Shown here: piece by piece, positions 21,883 through 34,215 of the stretch
How positions within the stretch are numbered: the stretch's first letter is position 1
Layout: each line of letters begins with the position of its first letter
Source: an uncultured Methanosarcinaceae archaeon
Lineage (GTDB): Archaea; Halobacteriota; Methanosarcinia; Methanosarcinales; Methanosarcinaceae
DNA length: 64,000 nt
Reading direction: 5' to 3'
Assembly: GCA_963833425.1 (NCBI GenBank)
Contig: CAWHXP010000006.1
Span: 1 to 64,000 of the forward strand
Notes under the pieces: model-generated
Seen by the model: only the letters and a program-made list of their open reading frames with translations
Databases searched by the model: none
What the model was told of the DNA's origin: nothing
Position numbers and translations under genes: made by a program

Positions 21883-23181
21883 TTATAGAGGCTCTGGCAA
21901 GATGTCTTTGATTTGTTCTTCCGGAATCACTGCTCTTTCAAAATTTTCTTTTTCTTTCAGGACCTTTGTAGCATCAATTCCAACCTTTGTGGTAGTCCCG
22001 TCAGGAGATCCCCTTGGATCTAAGGAACTGCCGCGAACATTTGGAATAATAAGAATATCTATATCTCCTTTTACCCGTGTAGCGATTGCAAAATCAACAT
22101 CTTTAGGGTCAAAGATATTTATATCTTCATCCACAACCACTAAGTGCTTGAGGCTTGTATGGGCGGCAAAAGCCGCCATAATGGCGTTTTTCCCGTCCCC
22201 TTCGGTCTGTTTTTCTATTTGAATAATCGCATGGAGGTAGCAACATCCTCCTTCTGTTAAAATTACATTTCTAACATTTGTGACTTCTCCTACAGCTCTG
22301 TAAATCCTAGGTTCGTAAGGCATACCCATCATCAGGAGGTGCTCGGGGCCAGATGGTAGAATCCCATGGTAAATCGGGTCTTTTCTGTGAATAATTCGGG
22401 TGATATTTACTACAGGTTCTCTTCTTACCACGTCGTAAGTTCCGGTAATATCCACAAAGGGCCCTTCATCAATTTTTTCAGAAGGACTAATATATCCCTC
22501 AAGCACAATCTCAGCATGAGGGACCTTGACTCCATTTGAACATTCAAAAAGCTCAACAGGCGCTCCTCGCAAAGTAGCTGCATATTCAAATTCGTTCCCC
22601 ACAGGTACCCTTGTCGATGTTGCATAAATTATCTTTGGGTCGCATCCAAGCGCGATTGCAATAGGTAGAGGTTCGCCTTTTTCGGCGGCTTTTTTATGCA
22701 GTAGATATGTATGTCTTGGAGAAACCAAACGGACTGCAAGTTTATTTTTACCTACAAGCATAAGACGGTGAATTGAAGCATTCATGATGCTCTCATATTC
22801 TGAGACTACAATGCCTGCAGTTATATAAGGTGCCCCGTCTTTTTCAAAATGAGTAAGTATTGGCAGTTTTGTCAGGTCAACTTGATCTTCCACAACTTCC
22901 AGGGTAGGAGACTTTGATACTAACTTTACTGTGCCTTTAGGAGAAACTTCTGAAAGCTTCTTTATAATTTCTTCTTTTGGAACTCCTAGCATGGAAGCCA
23001 CTTCGTCTCTGGATCCTAGGAGATTCATAATAACCTTTGAGCCTGAAACATTATGGAAAAGAACTGTAGCTGGGGTAGTTTTTGCAATTCTTGAAGCTTC
23101 GAATCTTGGAGAAATGGGTTGTGGAATTTCTACCAATTTTCCGCTTTCTTTCAATTGGTTGATAAAAGATCTAAAACTCAT
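21883..23181 (-). CDS. UbiD-family decarboxylase, probably anhydromevalonate phosphate decarboxylase
   Basis: EGPFVDITGTYD, VVVDEDI, SLDP, K.GIDAT. Co-oriented with the AcnX pair, as in the archaeal modified mevalonate pathway. Confidence 0.88.
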   Translation of the reverse strand: MSFRSFINQLKESGKLVEIPQPISPRFEASRIAKTTPATVLFHNVSGSKVIMNLLGSRDEVASMLGVPKEEIIKKLSEVSPKGTVKLVSKSPTLEVVEDQVDLTKLPILTHFEKDGAPYITAGIVVSEYESIMNASIHRLMLVGKNKLAVRLVSPRHTYLLHKKAAEKGEPLPIAIALGCDPKIIYATSTRVPVGNEFEYAATLRGAPVELFECSNGVKVPHAEIVLEGYISPSEKIDEGPFVDITGTYDVVRREPVVNITRIIHRKDPIYHGILPSGPEHLLMMGMPYEPRIYRAVGEVTNVRNVILTEGGCCYLHAIIQIEKQTEGDGKNAIMAAFAAHTSLKHLVVVDEDINIFDPKDVDFAIATRVKGDIDILIIPNVRGSSLDPRGSPDGTTTKVGIDATKVLKEKENFERAVIPEEQIKDILPEPL

Positions 23182-23430
23182 GGATATCTAAATATCAAAA
23201 AGCTGTTAGATGATAAAAAGATTATCTGGTCATCAAAAACAAATTACTCTATGCTTATTAACTACCAGTTATCAAATAGAACAGGATGAAACAGACATAT
23301 TATACTCGTGAATCCAATTTTATCTTAATGTCATATTTTTATAAAGTTTAATTTGATAATGGGTTCTATTCTATTTTTATTTTACTTCCTTTCGTGTTGA
23401 TTTTTAGGGGGAACTGAATTTTTTGAAATT

Positions 23431-24498
23431 TTAGCAATCATCAAGCATGAAAGCTCTGGGCCTTATGATTCTTTTCTTCTCATACTGATCGAAACAGTGG
23501 GCTATCCAACCTGAAACTCTGCCAATTGCGAAGATTGATGTTGCAAGCTGGGGAGGAAGGTCCATATATCTATAAATAACTCCAGAGTAGAAGTCCACAT
23601 TCGGATATATTGGCTTCCCTTTTTTCTCCACAATCTCACGAATAACGGATATTTCAATTGCTTCGGCTGTTTCATACCAATGCAAATCTCCTTTTGTTTC
23701 TGCTAGCTGCTTGGAAAGCTGCTTGAATACTGTACCTCTTGGGTCATAAGTTTTGTATACTCTGTGCCCGAAACCCATGATTTTCTCATTTTTTGCAATT
23801 TTCTCGAGGACAATTTTTTCTGCATTTTCTGGGCAGGCGGTTTCTTCTAGCATGCTCATAACTTCTGTCCTTGCCCCTCCATGCAAAGGACCTTTGAGGG
23901 CACATAATCCGGAAACAACAACGGAGTACAAATCTGCAAGGGTGGAAGCTGTGACTCTTGAAGAGAACGTTGAAGCATTTAGCTCATGTTCGGCACTGAG
24001 AATAAAATCTTTCTCCATGACCTCAGCTTCTAATTTACTTGGCTTGCTTCCTCTTATCATATACAGGAAGTTGGCTCCATGGGAGAGGGATATATCAGGA
24101 TTTATAGGTTCCTTTCCATTTGCTACTCTGTAATACGCAGCAATGATGGTTGGAATCTTGGAAATTAATCGAATGGCTTTTCTCATATTTCCTTCAGGAG
24201 TGCTGTCGTATATATCAGGATCGAATTGTGACATGAAAGAAACAATCGTACGCAGAGTTTCTATGGCGTCAATATTAAAATTATACATGCGGATAATGTT
24301 AATTATTTCTCTGTTGATTTCACGTTCCCCATGTAGACGGGCTGAGTAATCGGCAAGTTCTTGAGTTTCTGGGAGCTCTCCCTGGATAAGCAGATAGGAA
24401 ACTGAATCATAGGTAAGCTCAACCAGCTGATTGATATCTATTTCCCTGTATTTTAGAATACCCTTCACCCCATCGATGAAACATATATTTTTACTCAT
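23431..24498 (-). CDS. gltA: Citrate synthase
   Basis: EHELNASTF, GPLHGGA, GFGHRVYK..DPR, PNVDFYSG. Confidence 0.93.
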   Translation of the reverse strand: MSKNICFIDGVKGILKYREIDINQLVELTYDSVSYLLIQGELPETQELADYSARLHGEREINREIINIIRMYNFNIDAIETLRTIVSFMSQFDPDIYDSTPEGNMRKAIRLISKIPTIIAAYYRVANGKEPINPDISLSHGANFLYMIRGSKPSKLEAEVMEKDFILSAEHELNASTFSSRVTASTLADLYSVVVSGLCALKGPLHGGARTEVMSMLEETACPENAEKIVLEKIAKNEKIMGFGHRVYKTYDPRGTVFKQLSKQLAETKGDLHWYETAEAIEISVIREIVEKKGKPIYPNVDFYSGVIYRYMDLPPQLATSIFAIGRVSGWIAHCFDQYEKKRIIRPRAFMLDDC

Positions 24499-25174
24499 TT
24501 TCTACCTCGTAGTTATGCTTAGAGGATTTTCAAAAAACTTTGAAATTTTGAGATTCCCTGTTTATGAGTGAAAGATTTAACACGAAGGGTCTTTAGGACC
24601 CAAAAATAGGGCGATAATGCAGTTCTATTATCGTTGAATAAGTATATTAAACTTGTTGAATTTGTATCACTACATTTATATAGAAAATTTTGATTCACCC
24701 TTGATTTTATTCTTTGCGGGACTCCTATCCAAATTTTGTTCGCTAATCCTGTATTTTATTCCATTTCCCTTTTTTGGTTCTCACTCGTAATGACCAATCT
24801 TACTAAAAATAACTAGATTGATAATAGGTTAATATATGTTTTGACACAGTAGCTGCTGCAGATTGAGAACTGATGATAAACTCAAAAAAGTTATTAATAG
24901 CCGACATGTAAATGCAATCAATTCATCGAAAATTACTCAATGAATCTTAGTAAATTTGGTTATTGTCCTTGCTTGTAGAGGGGAATACTTGCCTGATTTT
25001 TGATTTTCCAGTTAATTATTCGTTTAGTTTAAGGATAAATAGAAATCTCATTCTTACTTCCTTATAGATATTATTATTATCAGGCTTGCAAGCAAGTGCT
25101 CTAATTGCTTAAATATTCATGTAATTTACATCCATGTAGTTTTATACTATGCCAAATAAAGGGTAACTGGAAAT

Positions 25175-25843
25175 ATGTTTGATACGAACACATCTTATCT
25201 ACCTAGTTATCTACCTAGTGATCGGAAAAGTGACAGAATTCGAAATATCTCGATAAGTCCATCAATAGCAATCATTACTCTTTGCACATTCTCTTTCTTT
25301 TTGGAACTCATCATAGGACCTCCCTATTTAAGTGCTTTTGAATTTGATCCTAGTTCCATTACGAATAGACCCTGGACACTTGTCACATACATTTTTCTGC
25401 ACAACGGTTTATGGCACCTTTTCTTCAATATGTTCGTTCTGTTCTTCTTAGGAACTACACTTGAGAAAATTATTGGAAAAAAGCAGTTTCTTGGTGTTTT
25501 TTTCGCTTCAGGAATCCTATCCGCAATAGGGTACAGTTTCTTAAGCCAGCCCATTTTCAAGATATCTCCAAGCTCGATGATTGGCGCAAGTGGAGCGATA
25601 TATGGTGTATTTGCAGCTCTTACAATTCTTGAGCCGAATTTAAGGGTTTATGTCTATTTTGTTCCAATGAGTATGAAATATGCCCTTTTGCTTTTTGCCC
25701 TTTTTGATTTTGTTATGGTTAATTCGTTAGACATGATAGCGCATACAGCCCACTTAAGTGGACTTTTGGTTGGACTCTATATGGGTTTTCGCTTAAAGAA
25801 AACTCACATAAAATATCCTAAATTCAGGCGGATAGGTAGGTGA
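25175..25843 (+). CDS. Rhomboid family intramembrane serine protease
   Basis: WTLVTYIFLH..HLFFNM, GASGA, AHTAHLSG. Confidence 0.92.
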   Translation: MFDTNTSYLPSYLPSDRKSDRIRNISISPSIAIITLCTFSFFLELIIGPPYLSAFEFDPSSITNRPWTLVTYIFLHNGLWHLFFNMFVLFFLGTTLEKIIGKKQFLGVFFASGILSAIGYSFLSQPIFKISPSSMIGASGAIYGVFAALTILEPNLRVYVYFVPMSMKYALLLFALFDFVMVNSLDMIAHTAHLSGLLVGLYMGFRLKKTHIKYPKFRRIGR

Positions 25844-26262
25844 TTAATCTGCGTGAGGAGAATTTTCTCCGAAATAGATACTTTTATCCAAAACCCAGGT
25901 CTGGAGAGAAAATCCCTGTACAAGTCCTGAATTTCAGAAGGCTGTTTGCAGCATGGTCACCAGGGCTGAAAAAAACCTTATATTTTGAAAAACTGCCTGA
26001 AAATGAGAGCCTAAAAAGGGTGAGAAAAATAATTCTCCTTCAGGTATTTGATTGGCTTGCTTGCAGAGAAGGGTTAATCGAACTTAAGGATCCTGAATTT
26101 GAGCGGTTTATAGAGGTATATGAGAAGTTTTTGCAAAATTTAGGGGAAATCCAGTACATTAGGCAGAAAAAAGGAAGAAGGGCAGAAAATATTTTTGAAC
26201 TTGAGGAATCTCCTTATGTTCTCAGGGAAGTAAAAAAAGGACATTTTTCTGACAAATTATAG
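25840..26262 (+). CDS. Hypothetical protein
   Basis: 140-aa ORF with a GTGA overlap on the rhomboid stop and gene-like composition. Confidence 0.7.
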   Translation: MINLREENFLRNRYFYPKPRSGEKIPVQVLNFRRLFAAWSPGLKKTLYFEKLPENESLKRVRKIILLQVFDWLACREGLIELKDPEFERFIEVYEKFLQNLGEIQYIRQKKGRRAENIFELEESPYVLREVKKGHFSDKL

Positions 26263-27250
26263 GGTTCTGTAAATTAATTTGGCAGCTGGAACGAAATTAG
26301 AAAGAGGAACTACTTTTTTCAGAAGTAAAGGATAATTATCGAGGATATATATATATTTATATATATGCTAATTTGCATATATAGTTTTGTATACATAAGT
26401 CAATAAATGTAATTCAGTCAGAATATAAAAACACATAACAACTGAGATTTCATGAAGATTAAATATAATTCCCTTTTTATTAATCAGAATGATTTTATTG
26501 TCAGTGAATGCATCTACAGAACATCAAACTTTTTGTTCAAAGCACTTATATTTCATATTTTGCTCTATTAATTCTTATGGAGATTTAATCCCTAGTTAGC
26601 AAACTTATTAATAAAAATTCAAAGTAATCTGTGCTTCTAGATCTCACTTCCAACAACTGAGTTTTACCTGATATAAACCATGATTGATTAAAATTTCAAT
26701 ATTTATTAACCTGTCCACGTATTTGAAAGAGCTTCAATTTGTTTCAATACTAATTCTACAGCAACTGCATCCTTAGCTGGAACAATATCTGACAATACGG
26801 TGTTCGGATTTAAAATTTCAGGAGTCATAATCCCAGTTTTAGATGATATCATAGCTAATATAATAGCAATAGCTGAAAATGAAGGCTTTTAAACTCTTGT
26901 ATTAGACGGACACATATTAGAAGAGTTGGAAAAGCTTGATCAGCTGATACTTTTATTCTGCTGGGAACCCTTGAAGCTTGGAGGTTTTCTAGCAGCTTCC
27001 ATAACTCTTATACAGGGAGAGCTCTAACTGCCTTAGCTATCAAGGTGCTGTATCACATGCCAAAGTCTATGGAGTCCTGATCCGATCAGCAGTGGACACC
27101 CATCATTTCGATCTGCTCAAGACTCTTCATCAACCTATGCGCCTGAACCTAGTTGAAGAGAAAAAGCTGTAGGAAAAAGTGATGAGATGGATAACCTACA
27201 AGAACAGGATAATGCTCCATCATACCCATACGATCAAATCAATCCCTAAT

Positions 27251-30183
27251 TTATGCTCCATTAACTGTAAACGCTGCCCAATAATATGGGTGCTGGAAAG
27301 GCTTCTCTTCTGGAGATTCTTTGGCCATTTTGAGATATCGTTCCCTATATTGTTCTATGAATTCCTTGCTCTTGCCTTCCAATTTACCCGAAGAGTAGCA
27401 TTTTTCGATATAGACCGCCACTTGGCTAGAAGTAAGGTTTCTGACCCAGAACTGAGCATCCTGTAATGCTAATGGAATATCCATTCCACCAACAACATGA
27501 TTAGAGTAGAATTGTTCCATCAGTATGGCTGTGGAAATATCCGGAACTGACCAGAGACTACTTACCACACATGGAACACCTGCAAGCATAAAACCTGCAG
27601 GTAATCCTACGAACTCATCTGCACTACCCTTTACAATATCTGTAATTCCAGTTTCACAGGCAGAAAGTGTTACTAATCTTGCTGAAGATATATCAACTAC
27701 ATCATTCTGGAGATCTGCCAAGCTCAGCATTTTCCTTCCTACTAGGTATAATCCAGACTTGGGGGGGTCATTCCAGTTATAGCTAACACGGCAGGAGAAA
27801 TGCAGATAGATATTTTTAAGTATCCTATCCAAAACCGTTACTTTGGTAGCAGTTTCACCACTATTTTTCTGGGGAGATTGAAAAAGTTTGGATATGGTCT
27901 GGCCTTCACATTCTGAAAAGACTATATTAGGACCTTCCTCAGGATTGATAACCATATAGAGACCCTTTCCTTCAATTTTCTCAGCCTTATTTCGTATTTC
28001 TCTGAGCAGCTTAATGGAAGGAGAGTAGCTTATGCAATAACGTTGGCAGAGGAGTTGCCCATCTGATAGAGGAACCGCATGTAATGGCAACAGAAATAGA
28101 CCGCTTGAAGGCAGAAGAATTAATTTTTTAGTTTGAGGTGAAAGCTTTTCTAGGAGCGGAGAGAGAAGCTTGTTACCAATTATAAATAATACATCATTTA
28201 ATGTCTTTTGCCAAGTTTGGAAGGCATCATAATGGAGTTTAGTGTCTAATGCATCAAGGTAACTCAGATAATCAACTACCAAGCCTTTTGTTATTGATCC
28301 AGGTTCATCGGGTTTAAATAGCAAATTATCTAAATCCTCTCTTTTGAAGTTAGGTATATCCACTGATTTTATATTGCTTGATTCGCTAATTACAAACCCG
28401 ATGCTACCTTTATCTGTGATGCTGAACGTCAACAACGCTGTTTCACTATCTAGTATTGATAAGATGTCTGAGGTATCAAGTTCCTTCTGGAACTCAGGAG
28501 CATATCTCTGTATATCTTTACTGCATCATTTAATTCTTTAAGAGCTTCATGAGCTCTTTTTTCCCATTTAACATAATCTTCCTTGTCTGAAAGATTTGTA
28601 GCAGAACGATATTTTTCTGCAGCATCCGTATATTTCTTCCATTCGTAATTTAAAACTCCTTCGGGCTGTTTCATCTTCAACCTCAAGAGTTCTATTAATA
28701 GGCGAGTCTTTCCTTCTTCTAGGAAGACAAGCGCTTTATGGGACAAATCAAGATTACAGGCTGCTAAACTAGCATTTTGGTAAATGTAACCGTGATTTAC
28801 TATCTCAACTCTCTTGCTTTCAATAGATAGACCGGAACTGTAAAGAAGATCATTTGCCTTTATAGCTTCCTTGTAACTTTTCACTGCTTTATTCCACTGG
28901 CCCATGTCAAAATACAGATCACCTACGAATCTCTGAGTCTTGCGAAAATCACTAGGCATTGATACAAGTTTAAAAATCTTAAGGGCATTTTGGTAGTGTT
29001 TTATAGCCCTTTCGATATCCTCTGCTTTGTTTCCCCTGATATGGTAACTATAGGCAGATGCCAGGTTATTTTGAGTTATGGCCCAGTCTACGGGGAAGTT
29101 TTCATACATTCTAACCTTTAAGGCCTGGATATAGTGCTCGATTGCTTGCTCGATATTTTCTTCTTTGTCTCCCAGGATGCGATCATTGTAGGCAATTGCC
29201 AAGTTATTTTGGGCTCCAGCCCAGCCTACTGGGAAGTCTTCATACCCTCTTACCTTTAGGGTCTGGTTGAATAGTTCGATAACCTACTCAATATTCTCAG
29301 CCTTGTCCCCCCTAAGACGATCAATGTAGGCTGATGCCAAGTTGTCCTGAGTCATTGCCCAGTCTACTGGAAAGTCCTTCTGCGTCTTCACGCCAAGGAC
29401 ATGGTTGTAGTGTTCGATGGCCTGCTCGATATTCTCAGCTTTGTCTCCCTCAATACGATCGTAGTAGGCAATCGCTAGGTTGTTCTGAGTCATGGCCCAG
29501 TCCACAGGAATAATATTTACGCGTTCGAACTCCCAAAGCCTGGTTGAAGTGTTTGATAGCCTGCTCGATATTCTCAGCCTTGCCCCCTCTAATAAGGTTC
29601 CAGTAGGCAAGACCTAGGTTATGTTGAGTCGTAGCCCAGTCCAACGGGAAAGCCTGAAGCGTGAATACTTCAAGCGCTTGGTTGAAGTGTTCGATAGCCT
29701 GCTCGATGTTATCACCTTGATTTTCTTGAGGATTATTAAGTAGACTGGTACCTAACTTCCCTGCAAAGTAGCCCAAAGTTCTGGATTGGACTGACGTTGG
29801 ACTAACACTAACGCATGCTGAAGCATCATGATCTATCTTGGCATGTCCTGAAGCATAGAAAGGCTATCGATCTCTTTAAGTACCATTTGGAAATTTTCTT
29901 CGGAAGTTTCATTGGAACAGCTTGAGATCTCTTCAAAGGCTTAACCAATGCCCACTTCTCGGCAGTGAGCCAGAAAACTGCGGAGTTCGTCAATAGTTTC
30001 ATTGGTCTGTTCAACCTTGAATAAGGAATTCAGCAGTGAATCGGCTTCTGCACTTAGCAACTCAGGATGCTGCTCTAATATTCGACGCACATCATTTACG
30101 TTGGAAGCTTGAAGAAATTCTACAATAACTTCTGCAATATTTTTAATTTCATCGTCAAAAGGATTATTATCGGACTTTATTAA
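27251..30183 (-). pseudogene. TPR-repeat + CHAT (caspase-like) domain protein, fragmented
   Basis: N-terminal RRILEQHPELLS helical region. Repeats NIEQAIEH..QAL.V....FP.DWA.TQ.NL..AY. CHAT motifs LPLHA, YSPS, LSACETG, SSLWSV, HPYYWAAF. Several stops and frameshifts. Confidence 0.9.
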
Positions 30184-30399
30184 AATCCCCTGTCATTTTG
30201 GAATAAAGAATATAGAAGTAGATAAAATGGTATATTCCTATTGTATTAATCCCCTATCTTCCCTATACATCCAAATATTTGGCTAGATCCAGGGTCGCTT
30301 ACCAATTTACAGAAAATGACGCACAATGATTAAACATCCACTCAATAACTAAATTATCAAGAGTCTTTCGTTAGATAAATGATTCAGTATATTCATCTC

Positions 30400-30760
30400 T
30401 TATCCTACCTTTTCTAAAATTTTCATTCTAATCTTTTCGGCTTCATTTTCAGTTATACATGGGGTATTCTGTTCCACTACTCGATATTTTCCTTCTGCGG
30501 ATAAAGACAGGAACTCTCGAGCTTTTGGGCTTAAAGCTCTCTGATCTTCAATAACAAGCCTATAAATTGGCCAATGGGTGTATCGCATCTTAGGATTAAA
30601 AAAATATTTGAAATATGCATGTAGATCCCCTTCCAGATAAAGAAAAAACAGATTTTTGCAATCCTAAGGTAACTTTTTGCCTATTTTTTGCCTCTCTTCA
30701 AGAGCTTGTAATCTTTTTTTCATTGATACTGTTACCACATCTTCACTTCACATTTTCAAT
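30400..30760 (-). pseudogene. Small hypothetical gene remnant, probably from a mobile element
   Basis: 62-aa C-terminal frame with broken upstream frames, co-oriented with 30895-31206. Confidence 0.35.
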
Positions 30761-30894
30761 ATTGTATTTTCCCTAATCTGGTTATAATTCCATTATACTT
30801 ACCAGAATATTAATGAAATCTTGGCATAAATGGTAATTAAACTTCCATATTATACAGCATACGACTCTCCGATCAATCTTCCAGAATAATAATT

Positions 30895-31206
30895 TCATTC
30901 TACCCCTGTAAATAAGGAAGTATTCGCAAGAGCACAACCGTTCTGTGCCTGAGAATTTCCCAGAGCTTCAAATCTCTTCTGAAATTCATCAATATCCAGA
31001 TCTTTCAGTATCGTATTTTGGACTTGTAATGCCTGAATGAAAACTCTGATGTAGGCCAGCTTTAAGCTATCTCCTTCCTGAGCTCTGAAGCTTTTTGCCT
31101 TCAATCTTTTTTGAAGTTGTTCAATCAATTCTGAATTTACATTTAACAGTGACTCTAGTGTCAGTAATTTAAGAGTAGCTAGTGGGGTAATCATAGTGTT
31201 TTTCAT
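30895..31206 (-). CDS. Hypothetical coiled-coil protein
   Basis: 103-aa helical ORF (ELIEQLQKRLK..F..QEGDSLKLAYIRVFIQALQ) with an AGGGA RBS. Confidence 0.55.
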   Translation of the reverse strand: MKNTMITPLATLKLLTLESLLNVNSELIEQLQKRLKAKSFRAQEGDSLKLAYIRVFIQALQVQNTILKDLDIDEFQKRFEALGNSQAQNGCALANTSLFTGVE

Positions 31207-31579
31207 TAAATCCCTTTATAACGTTTTGTCGGTTAATTGTCAAGAATTTACAATAATATACTGTATTTATCAATATATACATTTTAGTGTATATATTGTA
31301 ATTAAATGTTATACCACTATTGATATCTTCTAATATCATCTTTGATCTTTTGAATATCCGTTAAGGTATCGAAATTAATTATAAAAATCAACTCTTATAA
31401 TTAATTTAAAGCGCTATTTTCAATAAGTTAATGATAAACTATTAACTGCATGATTTAAACTTCACCACGGACTTCTAATGCATCCTTACAGTCCATAATC
31501 ATTTATAAACCCCCGTTAGATACAAACTATTAAATTTTGTAAAGATTTTCCCAGAAATATATCATTGAAGAATCCAGTC

Positions 31580-32575
31580 ATCGGACAATTGAACGAAAAG
31601 TTCAGTTTACTGGAAATTCCACATTTATTGTGTCCCTCCCATAAAATGGGTGCGAGATATAGGTCTTAAAGCCGGAGTTACACTTACTCTTGCATCCATG
31701 CCCAATAAAAACCTGCGTGTTTCTTACAGTAAAATTTCAAGGGATTATCATAAGTCTACGATTGACCATCTTCACTCAGATAGCGCAGAAAACAACCTCA
31801 GAATTCTTATATCTCATTATCTTGTAGGTTATGATTCTATCAGATTGACTACCAAAAAAGGTTTTAATGCTTATGACCGCAAGTTTATAAAGGACTCAGT
31901 GCGTCAGAAATTGATAGGTCTTGAACTTGTAGAAAAATCCTGAAATGAACTGGTTTTCCAGTGCTTGCTCAATTACAATGACCTTCCTCTTAGCCGAGTA
32001 ATCAAAAACATTTATGGCCTTGTAACTCCATGCTCGAAGATTCTATGACCGCCCTGCAGGACCATAAATTGGAAATTGCCGAAGACGTAATCCAGAGAGA
32101 TGACGATGTAGATCGCTTTTATCTTTTTGCTGTCCGCCAGCTCAAAGCTGCAATTGAAGATATTGAACTCTCTGAAAACATCGGAATTCAGCATCCAAGA
32201 GACTGTCTGGGATACAGGCTTATTACAAAGATTATTGAACGCATAGGAGACCACTCTGTCAAGATAGCTAAAAACGTCCTAATAATGGGTGCAGTATTAA
32301 ATGCTAATGATCCTATCTTTAAAATGGCTGAACTTTCACGAAAGGTTTTCGAAAGGTCAATAAACTCAATGACAGAAGAAGACCTTCAGACTATCAACAG
32401 AATCGTTGTGGAAGCAAAAAAGGTTTCTTAGCCAGGATTTTTCCTGGAGGCACATGCATGTGGGAGTCCAGATAACGTTGAAATTAGTATGATCCTGGAG
32501 AGCCTACGTAGGGTAGCCGAATATAGTGCCGATATTGCAGAAGTTTCAATCAATATAAATGTGAAAAAGATCTGA
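31580..32575 (+). pseudogene. phoU: AbrB-type N-terminus + PhoU-domain phosphate regulator, inactivated
   Basis: ERKVQFTGNSTFIVSLP / KWVRDIGLKAG, RDDDVDRFY, IERIGDH, ESLRRVAEYSADIAE. Start codon lost, two frameshifts, stops at 31943 and 32431. Confidence 0.9.
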
Positions 32576-32832
32576 GTCTCAGATGTCTAATTCTTAAAAG
32601 AGCTCTCATTCTATATATTAGGTTGAATTCACTTTATGTTGTGAATATCAATGCTATGAAGATCAAATGAATCGTCGTTCACAAATGTAATGAAGAAAAT
32701 ACCTCACTATAGTGAAATCCATGAATCTCAGCTCTCCAAGCTCAAAGGATCCCGAAGGAATAACATTATGCGTATCTGGAACATCTATTGGCCCGGATCT
32801 TGGCCGACCAAAAAAACACAAGATGATATGAA

Positions 32833-34215
32833 GCCAACTACCGCACACTAAAGCTATAGTCTTGCCAGTCCCTCGAAGTTAGCAGTTCAATTTAGTAGAC
32901 TCAAAGCTAATCTAAGTTTATTTGGTCTATTGACAAGACTTTATCAGTTATCGTTCCCAAAACCGAATCTTTGTATATTAATTGCTACATTAATATCGAC
33001 ATTGATTAACTTACATACTTAACCTTTGTACAATCCTCTTTGAATTCTTCGTGATCTACTATATTCAGATTTTTCAATCGGATCTATGCAGAGAATCCAC
33101 TTGACTTGTATATGTTTCACTTATAAGTTAGTACTTAATACCGCAAAAATACATTTGCTTTCTAATTTACCGTTGAATATACCAAATGGAATTTGTACAA
33201 AGTTTTAATTATTACTTTTACTTTGCTTGATTCCTTGTTTAATTCCATTTAATTCTCCGGTTAGGACATCGTTTATATTATTTTCGAGCTTGTGTTTAGC
33301 CAGATAGTTGCCCTGCTGATTCATTAACTCCGTAATTCTATTAGACAGTTAAACTAACATTCTTATTTGCTGGGTAGTTATTTCTCCAATTTTCTATAAA
33401 TCTTTGATGCACTGCAATCTAGCATTTTTACTTGTTATACCATTGGTTGAGAGATCTTAGTATACTTGCAATCAACGATTGAAACAGTTCCATCTGTATC
33501 AACAAATGTAGCAAAATTAGAACTTTTAAGGTCTATGAGAAGGTAATTCAAAGAATCAGGGTTTAATATTTTCCTTTTTTTCTTGATAGATATATTTAAT
33601 TTTGAAGTATTTTCCGTCATAATCAGAAGAATATGTATATTCTTAATTGAAAATTTTTTTGATTATAAGAATATTTGAAATCTTAAAGGTTAAAAGTTAT
33701 TTTGCATTTGGAACTTTTGTCATTAACTCTTTGAAATTTATATTGTGGAATTTTTATTTTTTTAATAGAAAAAATATTTTTCGGAAACGATATCATGAAA
33801 TATTCTCCTTGGCCAAGGTAACGAGGTAGATTTGATTTATCGAATCGCTCATTTTTATATAGTTTTAACGATCCAAACAACTTCTCATACTGCTCTCAAC
33901 GTATTTAAGAGATCGTTTACCCGATACAGGCTGAATTAACTTATAGTTCTCCTTATCTTTACAGAGCTGATAATTTGACGGATATTTCAAAAGTTGTTCT
34001 GAAAAAAGGACTTTCTTGCATTAATACAACCTTAAATTATATCCATTTTTCGAGGTTCTGCTAAGCGTTATTATGACTCCAAAATTGTTTCTGATCTAAT
34101 CGAAGGTTGTTCATAAAACTTAGCATTGTGTCAACACAATGCTTTGTAAAAGTATGTATTCCATGCTAAAAGGTGAGGCTACGATCCATCCTGGCGCTAA
34201 CTCAACCGAATTTTT
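32833..34215 (-). mobile_element. tnpB: Degenerate tnpB-only IS200/IS605 (IS1341-type) element
   Basis: From the ATG at 34126: KENYKLI, LPRYL, IDL..NFATFVD, NQWYNK, NN*NFVQIPF, ETYTSQVD, RRIQRGLY, INVDINVAINI. Right-end-like AAGACTATAGCTTTAGTGTGCGGTAGTTGGC at 32863-32833. Left boundary approximate. Confidence 0.8.

Noticed and set aside
20193..23181. AcnX + UbiD cluster as a new pathway
   Set aside because: It matches the described archaeal modified mevalonate pathway.
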